From the human T2T-CHM13v2.0 reference genome, Homo sapiens: a DNA stretch of 64,000 nucleotides. Position 1 is the first letter of the stretch; each line of letters begins with the position of its first letter. Shown piece by piece: positions 54,999 through 64,000 of the stretch. The notes under the pieces are model-generated. The model had not been told where the DNA came from. It ran no database searches and saw only the letters and a program-made list of their open reading frames with translations. Made by a program: the position numbers and the translations under genes. Location: NCBI RefSeq assembly GCF_009914755.1, contig NC_060932.1; one strand, given 5' to 3'.

Positions 54999-57160
54999 AT
55001 GGTAAGCAGGGGCACAATGGCAATGGCGACAGTAACCAGAAACGCCCTGCTTCCCTCAAAAGAGAAAAAAACCCAGACCTATTTCCATGACGGGGTTCTT
55101 ACGTGTCCATTTGGGAATCTGAATGTTTTGGGTCTTTTCATTTCCCTCCTCCCACAAAGAGAAAAAGCTAATTCCATATGTGTGTGCGCACACGCGCATG
55201 TACATTTGTATGTGTGTAAGGGTGTTTACATGTATAGTGAAAGTGCCATAGCTATGTATTTAATTTTGTGTACATGTATGTTTGTGTATGCGTGTGTTTC
55301 TTAGTGTTTGCGCATAAGGATGTGGACATGTGTGGTCTGTGTTTGTATTATGTATGTATATGTGTGTGGGAGGGAGGGTGTATATAAAGTCTGTTCTAGA
55401 TTTTACCTTACTCTAAGAGCTGATTAATAACATGAAAAATGTGAGTCAGAAAGCTGAAGGGTTAACTGTTTAATGAACATAAAGTTCATTCAGAAAACCG
55501 TGGTTTGTAACTGGTGAGAGGAAGTATTGAGCAATTTCTTGTAAAGTTACAATAGCCAGATCTGCAAAGGAAACCCCTCCCAGCCTGGAATTCCAGAGTA
55601 TTTCCTAGAGCTTGAAAGGTAGCCAAAAAATGAGCAGGCATTTAAAAGGGAAGGGAATGGGGGGAAACCTGGAGTGAAGAACATGAATCCATCTGTCTTT
55701 CCCATCCACTACCCCATCCGCCTCTTTCATAAATAGTTTTAAGAGGAACTAATAGACCTCTACTTAATATCTTCTCTCGTACCTTCTCACTTTTGTCTTC
55801 CTCATGCCTTCTCTTCTAGTGTGGCTCAGTGCTTAGTGCAGGAGAAACCAGTAACCCTGAATTGCAGCTCTTCCTTTCTCACTACATGAATTCAATTTCC
55901 TCATCTGTCAAATGAGTATACCAATTCATATCTCGAAAGCTGTTGCTGTGAGAATCAGATAAGCATAACCTCACAGCTTATGTCTATTAGAACAGCACTT
56001 GGCACATGGTAAACACTCCAAAGTATTTGTTAAATGAATGAATAGATTAAAAGGTGGCATGTTTTGTACTAAACTGTTCAATGATAGTGTAAAACCATTT
56101 GGTCATAATGCGGAAAGGGAAGTAAGGCGGAATTCCTTTAATCTGTGTTTTACGCAGGTTCCAAAGGAGCGTGGTGGAGAGAAGGATGCAGATAGTCTGG
56201 GTGAGAGCTAGAGGCTGGAGTCAGCAGGAAGGACTGAGGCCGTTGGTGCTTGGGGAGCGAGGGCTCCTTTCTGCTCTGTCCTAGGCTAAGTTCCCCACCC
56301 ATTCCTTCTTGAGATCTACCTCAAACACAAATCCCTCAATTGACCACAGGGGGCGCCCCTTCTATGAATTTGGCGCTGATAGCTGTGATCTGCCCAGCAC
56401 AGTGGGGAAAACACAAAATTTACAGATCAGGCATGTCCGGGCTCAGATTCCTACTCCAGCACCTGGTGGCCAAGGGACCCCAACTGTTAAATAGGCATGG
56501 TGATGCCTGCTTTCCAAGCCTGTTGGGAAAGAGAGAGGGGAGCGGGGAGGAATGGGAGAGAGAGAGAGACTGAGCAAGCATGCCAAGACTTAATATACTT
56601 ATATTTATATTAAAAGAAATAAATATCAGATGATTACAATTTGGTTGAACTAAGATACACAGTAGAATATGGAACTAATATCCAATATCACAAAGTATTC
56701 TAGCGAGCCTTCCTACAGAAAGAATTGTGGGTGGCTGGGGAGTAGGCATTAGCTACTATGTGAGTGCAGAGAATACTCAGCCTTCTTCCAGATGGTGAGC
56801 TAAAGTTCAAAGATCAAGTCACGTACACACCTTCTTTCTCATCCCAGGTCCTAGTCTGCTTGAATTCAAATGGCCATCCACACCTTGCCTGAAATACTTG
56901 CAATAATTAAGATACGGCTTTCTGCCTGCTTGGGGTTTGGTCCACAATTCCCTTAAGAGGCCTCATTTCAATTAGGACTCACACATCCCTTCAACAGTAA
57001 TTTTGTGTCAGGCTTGGTTAGCAACTCAAGGCTCAAGCATAAATGGGACAGAATTCTTTTCCTTTTGAAACTCACCAATATAGTGATTGTAGCAACTAGC
57101 TACATTGTTTTTGTTTTTTTTTTCCCCCTCAATTCTAAGCACTATGCAAAGGCTTTAAAG

Positions 57161-57694
57161 CAGTGGTCCCAAGCCTTTTTGGCACCAGGGACCAGTTTTG
57201 TGGAAGACAATTTTGTGAAAAGACAAAATGTGGAAGACCGTGGACTGGGATGGTTTGGGGATGATTCAAGCACATTACATTTGTTGTGCACTGTGTTTCT
57301 ATTATTATTACATTGTATTATATAATGAAATAATTATACAACTCACCATAATGTAGAATCAGTGGAAGCCCTGAGCTTGTTTCCTGCAACTAGACACTCC
57401 CATCTAGGGGTGATGGGAGACGGTGACAGGTCATTAGGCATTAGATTCTCATAAGGAGCGCACAACCTAGATCCCTCGCATGTGCAGTTCATGACAGGGT
57501 TTGTGCTGCTATGAGAATTTAATGCCACTGCTGATCTGACAGGAGGTGGAGCTCAGGCAGTAAGGTGAGCAATGGGGAGCAGCTGTAAATAACGCTGATC
57601 TCACTCACCCACTGCTTACCTCCTGCTGTGTGGCCCAGTTCCTAACAGGCCACAAAATGGTACCTGTCTGTGTCCCCAGGGTTGGGGACCACTG
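57161..57694. mobile_element. MER1A hAT-Charlie DNA transposon within the CCAT1 exon
   Basis: TIRs CAGTGGTCCC / GGGACCACTG, 534 bp, 8-bp TSD CTTTAAAG/CCTTAAAG. Confidence 0.92.
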
Positions 57695-58105
57695 CCTTAA
57701 AGGCCTTCATCTCATTCAGTTTTCATCAAAATTCTGTGTGGTAGGTACTCTCATTAGACCCATTTTATGGGTAAGGAACTGAGGTAAAATTGGTTATATA
57801 ACTTGCCTAAAATAAGTCAAGTCTCTGATGAGAGGGCCAGGATTCAAGTTCAAGCAGTCTGACTCCAAAATCTCAAAGCACTTCTGTGGTAGGAAAGAGA
57901 AATGAATGGAATGGCATAGAGTCATCTAAATGACTGCAGTAGGAAGGGAGCATTTCCCGTGTGCAGTGTTATTTTTTCCGGGCTTTGAAAGATAAATAGG
58001 AGCATGCAGTTAAAAAAGAGAGGAGAAGGCATTCTAGGCAGAAAGGCCAGTGCTTACACAGAATCTCAGAATTGTAACAGTTCCTATTACACCCTGGCAG
58101 AGTGA

Positions 58106-58498
<393 letters not shown>

Positions 58499-60269
58499 TG
58501 AGACACTCTGATGATTTAGAGTTGAAAATGGGAGTAGATTGGGTGATCCTCTAGTTATCATGTTTAGTCAAATCAGATCCGTGCATTCAAAATCATAAGG
58601 CAAGTTTTCCTGTGTGGCTCAGTAACATCCTTAAAGAAATAGTTCTGATGTCCATCCGGTGTTTTTTCAGAAAGAGCGTCAGGGTTGACAGTAGCTGTGA
58701 TGCTCCAGATGGAGCTGCGGATAACAGCATATAAGTTTCAGGGCAGTGGTTGAGGGGCTGTGGGAGGGTGGGGAGGGAAGATGGATGACTTTTCTCAACC
58801 ATCTGTATTTGATTGGAATATTGTGTGACTTGTGAAATAGAATTAAAGATATGATCTTCTTATGGTCTTCTCACAGTTTTCAAGGGATTTTAGGAGAAAA
58901 CGCTTAGCCATACAGAGCTGTGGACAAGAAAATCACCTATCAGAACATATTTATCTAGAAAAGGAAAATTTAAACAGTCAAATAGAAGAGTTATTAGCTT
59001 TCTTTTTCCTTCTCTCTAAGAAGGTTAGTTAGAATCAGCTTTCTTACTCACTACATCCTGTACTTAGAAAGGAATAACCTGCACATGACACGTTCAAAAA
59101 ATCACCTTTGCATTCTGAACCTAGCTGGGAAATTATGACAACAATGAAGAGATATGTGGGCGTCCTCACATTTTGTGTCTTAAAATGTCCAGCTCTCAAG
59201 GTGAAATATTTTCCCCCATGAAATCCCCATTGAAAACAGAAACCAGAACTATGATCTAAAAGAAAAATATCTATTTGAATATTTCTACTTGTGAACTGAC
59301 ATTTTTAGCTATTTTAGTACCTTTTTTTGGTGACTGAAGCATAGCAAATAGAGTTTTGTTTCCTTCCCACAGATACCAGATTTCTTCAAACAGTACATAG
59401 AATGGTGCACATTACAAGGCATTTACCACACAAAAAAACAAAGGCACTGGAGGAAATAAGGGTTGGGGGAGAGGGAGGAAATGGTAGGTACCATCTCACA
59501 TGGGGATATAGTTCTCACAGATCACCAGGTAGGGTCATGTGATCTGCGTGAGTTTCCTAAGGGAGAGAGGGGCTCTCCTTTTGTTCGTGTTGGCTGCATC
59601 ACTGCATTTCATTAATTCTGAATGGCAAGTGAGCAAGACCCTCGCTGCTGAAATCTGATCAGATGTTATTGATGAATCATGGAATTCCAGAGTTAGGAGC
59701 TGGAAAGAAGGTCAAGAGGACATCTGAGTCAGTGTCTGACTAGTAGCAGGTGATGGGTTATGATGTCAGTTTTGGAACCGGACAACTAAGGCCCAAAGGT
59801 GTTCAGGCATCCTCTTCTGGTCCAAAGGTCAGCTCCAGGGACCAGGCTGCAGGTCTCTGACAGCAGAGGATAATTCTCTTTCTGTATCACACATGCCGCC
59901 TCAACTAACCAGCATGAACATAAAATCTGCATTGTAGCCAAGTCTATAGCTGTGGAAAACACAGAGTTCCTTCCCACACCCACTTTTGAAGAGTTTACTA
60001 TAAATGTGTGGCAGATCATCACCCCTGGGGCTTAGCTTTGGGATTTCCTAAATCTCAGAGCAACGTAAGCACAACGGCCCCACTTTGCATACCTGAACTC
60101 AAAACTGAACAAAATCATACTGGGCGTTTTGTTTTCGTTTGCAGCCAGATATTTTTAAATAGCCTTTTCTTATGCAATATAAAAATAATACATACCCATT
60201 AAGAAAATAAAAGATAAATATAACAACGCTTTTTCAAAAATATCATTCTGCATTTACAAAATTGGCACA

Positions 60270-60486
60270 CAGCACAGTCAGCAAACTTTTTCTCTAAAGA
60301 GCTAGATGGCAGATATTTTGGACTTTGAGGACCTAGGGTATCCATTGCACATATTCAATTCTGCTGCTGTAATGCAAAAACAACCATAAACAATACATAA
60401 AGAATGAGTGTGGCCATGTTCCAATTATTTACAAAAACAGGTGGCAGGACAGATTTGGCCTGTGGGCCATAGTTTGCCAGCACCTG
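60270..60486. mobile_element. MER58A-like hAT relic
   Basis: GTCAGCAAACTTTTTCTCTAAAG...GATTTGGCCTGTGGGCCATAGTTTGCC. Confidence 0.85.
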
Positions 60487-61273
60487 GCATATAGAATTGA
60501 GAATTTTTTTCCTATGTTTATCACATCAGATATCCAACTGTGTATACTGTTCTTTTCACTTCATATTGTATTATAAATACTTTCTTGGATTATTGAATAA
60601 TCTTTATGTAGTATTTTGCACAAAATGGTTGTTTATTATCTCATTTTATGAATGAAGCAATATTTGCATGACCATTGACATTTAGATGCTTTCCAGTTTT
60701 CTTACTATTTTGCGTATTGTGATAAACATCAGTATACCTTAGATTTTTGTCTTCATTTCGGGTAATTTCCATAGGGTATATTTTGGGATGTTGAATTAAA
60801 AAAAAAAAAATACTCTTAGGAAAAAACTGCTAATTCTTTATCTCAAAAGGCTTCACCCATTTACTCCCAGAGCTGTGGATGAAATTGCTCATTTCTCCCT
60901 AACCAGACCAACACAGAATATTAGACTTTGTAAAGCATTGCTTATTTGATAAGAACAAGGATGTCTCAGGCAAGTGAGGAATTGAGCAAATATGATGCTC
61001 AGGTCACTAAGCCTCCTCATCCTTTACTCAGTAGGCCAGATGACCCTCCTCACTCAACTCCCCCAAACCCCACCCATGGCCCCAGACAGAGGGCAGAGAA
61101 TGAAACCTATTATCTTTCTGAACGTTCCTTCCCTCTTCCTGTCCACCTCACATCTGGATGGAATACAAATCCCCTGACTTCCTGTTTCTCTCCCTACAAT
61201 AGGTCCCAAATGTCAATTTCAAATTAACCCTTTTTTTGCTTTTTGCTTCTCCCACTTCAACCCCAAACTCTCT

Positions 61274-61560
61274 TTTTTTGAGACAGGGTTTCACTCTGTT
61301 GTCCAAGCTGGAGTGCAGTGGTGTCATTACAGCTCACTGCAACCTTGATCTCTCAGGCTCAAGCAATCCTCTTGCCTCAGCCTCCCAAGTATCCGGGACT
61401 AAAGGCTTGTACCACCAAGTCCTGCTAATTGTTTATATTTTTGTAGAGATGGGGTCTCACCAAGTTACCCAGGCTTGTCTGGAACTCCTGGGCTCAAGCA
61501 ATCCTCCCTCTTCAGCCTCCCAAAGTGCTGAGATTACAGGTGTGAGCCACCACACCCAGC
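61274..61560 (-). mobile_element. Alu (AluJ-like)
   Basis: CTCCTGGGCTCAAGCAATCCTCCC AluJ signature; CAAACTCT on both flanks. Confidence 0.94.
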
Positions 61561-63544
61561 ACAAACTCTTTATTGTTGTATTTTCTCAAAATGAGTTTCA
61601 TAGAGCTTTGCCTATTTAAGAGTCTCCATTTGGCCATTCTTTGTTAATTTCTTTCACTAAGGCAGGCAGTTCACAGGAGTATGTGAAAAGACCCTATGAG
61701 CAATAGGGAATAGTGAGGTGTGTGGTACAGAGAGTCAAATGCAAACACTTTCAACAATGTTCCAGGAAAAAAAGATAAGTCTATTGATTAGATTAGGCCT
61801 ATAAGGTCTTTCATTTGTGATCCTGGTTCTAGATAATTCACTTCTACCTTTTATCGTTCACTAGCCAGGCACACAAACCTTCACAACCTGCCCTGCCCAA
61901 AGTTACACTGCTTCCTTCCTCCACACCCCACAGCCCACCCCCCGACTGCATGGGCAACCCATAACCAGCTAAACTGAACTATTCCAACACACAGTTCACC
62001 CTGTCTAGTCTTTTGTTCATGATGATCCCTTCTTCCTCAAATACTCATTCCTTTTCTATAGTTTTTATCAGTAAAGGCTCAAAATCACTACTCTGATACT
62101 ACCTGTCTTTCAAATGTCCACCCACTGGGGCATATCAGTCTTCTAACAAATATTTATTGGGCAACTAGTATATGCCACTACCTGTGCTAGGCACTGGGAA
62201 TATAACTGGAGCAAGACAGACCCTGCCATTCTCATGCAACTTACAATGTAGCTTCTGCATATTGATCTTTCTATTACTTGGAAGCCAGGGGCTCCCCACT
62301 CCCAGACTGGGAGCCCCCTGAGGACAAGGGTGATGTTTCATTTATCACTAAGCTCTATGCCAGGCACAGAGTAGGTGCTAAGAGGATGTTTATGAAATGA
62401 CTAAATGCTGTGTTGCTAACAGGAAGCAGGGACATCCTTGAGGACAAGATAGTGTCTGATTCACTTCTGTATCCCCCACAAGCCGCTAGCACAGAACCTG
62501 GCACCATAAATCCTAAGTCAATAAGCATGGGAGGAAATGAGTGACTGGCTTTAGTTTACCTCTTTACTCCTTTCCCTATAATATCGCCAAAGAAAAAAAA
62601 TCCTGCAAAAAAGCAACCAGCAGATGGTGGGAAAACTGGTTTCTAAACCTGAATATCACTATATATGAGAAATACTCTTTTATTTTTGGGAAAATATGAG
62701 TTTTGCATCTTATTAAGATTGATGTGTTTTAGTTATAATTAATAATCATCGTCACTGCTGATGGCTGGTTCACATATTCACCACTTGTTGGCTGAGGGAG
62801 CTTGGGTGAGGGAGTGATCTCCTCTGAGCCTCAGTTTTCTTTTGTATAAGATGGAGATATGAAAGCATATCTATCTAGAGTGTTGAAGGACAAGTTAATC
62901 AATGAGATAAGTATGTTTTAGTGCCCAGTACTAACACGTACCCCTGCTATGTTTTACTAGGGGTACGTTTTACTCCTAGTACAGAGTAGGTATTTAAGAA
63001 GTTGTAGATTTTTTTCCTTCTCATTATTATTCCAATAATCTAGTGTGACAGCAAAAATTAAGCTTTCATTTTAATAAAAGTGTCTCCTATTTTTTCTCCA
63101 ATCAAAACCACAGATTCTTATTTTAGGGGAATCATGTCTATTGGTTGACTCCAGAGAATTCTGAATTATCTCAGTGTGCAGTGTGATGTCATATTAAGGA
63201 ACTATAGGGCAGTGGTTGAGAGGGTTAAGGTTAACAAGTCAGTGTTGAGTGTGCCTGGATTGAATTCATTCATTTATTCAACACATATTTATGGAGGACC
63301 GATCATGTGCTAGACAATATATTAGGTGTGGGATACAGTGAAATCAAATCCTTGCCCTCATGAAGTTGACATTCTACTGACAGAAGACATTCAAGCAATA
63401 CATGTATACAATTTATACTGAATTTGTATTATATGAACTGAGAATGAGGGTGATGGAGGAAAATTGAAAAGGGAAAGAGGCAAGGGTACGCTGTGGGGGA
63501 GATTGAATCTCTGTTTTTAAACTCATAAGATGCATGGCCATAGG

Positions 63545-63713
63545 CAGGATGACCTCCACAATTTGTAAAACGCAGTGCAAAATGAAAATGTAGCACCCAC
63601 CGTTCAAAATTTTGAGTCCATGACTGCAGAAAATTGAACCAAGCACAGGTCCTTTTAAGTACACGCAGGACCTGTGCAAACCCACAGAGCAGACACCCGT
63701 GAAGCTGATCCTG
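63545..63713 (-). mobile_element. MER45A-like hAT-Tip100 relic
   Basis: CAGGATGA..CAGTGCAAAATGAAAATG...CCCGTGAAGCTGATCCTG resembles reverse-complement MER45A. Confidence 0.75.
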
Positions 63714-63976
63714 AACTTGAGCAAGTTGTTTGATTTTTCTCAGCCTCAGTTTTTAATTGGGAAAGGACTTGGAAATATTGAAACATGTGATAAGAGAAAG
63801 TGAATCTAAAGCTTTTTCCTCTAGGTACAGTGTTAGACAGTACAAAGGGCATTTTTACCTCCAACACATCTTTCATGAAGAGTTTTTTATCTAGGTTTCA
63901 TGGAGCCCTACGGTAAATAAATTTGCCCAAGTTCTAACAAGATTCTGGAATCTCATATGTGGGTATGTTCATGTTG

Positions 63977-63998
63977 GGGTGTGTGTGTGTGTGTGTGT
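63977..63998. repeat. (TG)n microsatellite, at the window edge
   Basis: Directly visible. Confidence 0.85.
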
Positions 63999-64000
63999 AT

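Noticed and set aside
54960-55110. Possible CpG-island promoter with a 101-aa ORF at 54999
   Set aside because: The GC-rich patch is under 100 bp, and the ORF runs into TG-rich low complexity with no recognisable homology

Overview
Human (primate) non-coding genomic DNA. It is AT-rich and repeat-dense, with no supportable protein-coding gene. I recognise it as part of the 8q24.21 gene desert upstream of MYC. This rests on exact matches to RT-qPCR primer sequences I recall for the lncRNAs CCAT1 (56884-56901, 57026-57043, 58893-58915) and CASC19 (37229-37249, 46878-46898), plus canonical minus-strand splice sites; it should be confirmed by BLAT. The window holds the large last exon and part of the intron of CCAT1 (-), the core exons of CASC19 (-), and several further candidate minus-strand exons down to about 11.2 kb. 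The remainder is L1s of several ages, about 11 Alus, MaLR LTRs, hAT DNA-transposon relics, L2/MIR, microsatellites and a 37-bp VNTR. All long ORFs derive from L1, Alu or the VNTR. Points most worth follow-up: a TE-built multi-exon CCAT1/CASC19 transcription unit, a hairpin/E-box VNTR, a palindromic CTCF motif, an RBPJ/EBF/NF-kB motif cluster, and three small templated-insertion scars. I found no new protein-based system.
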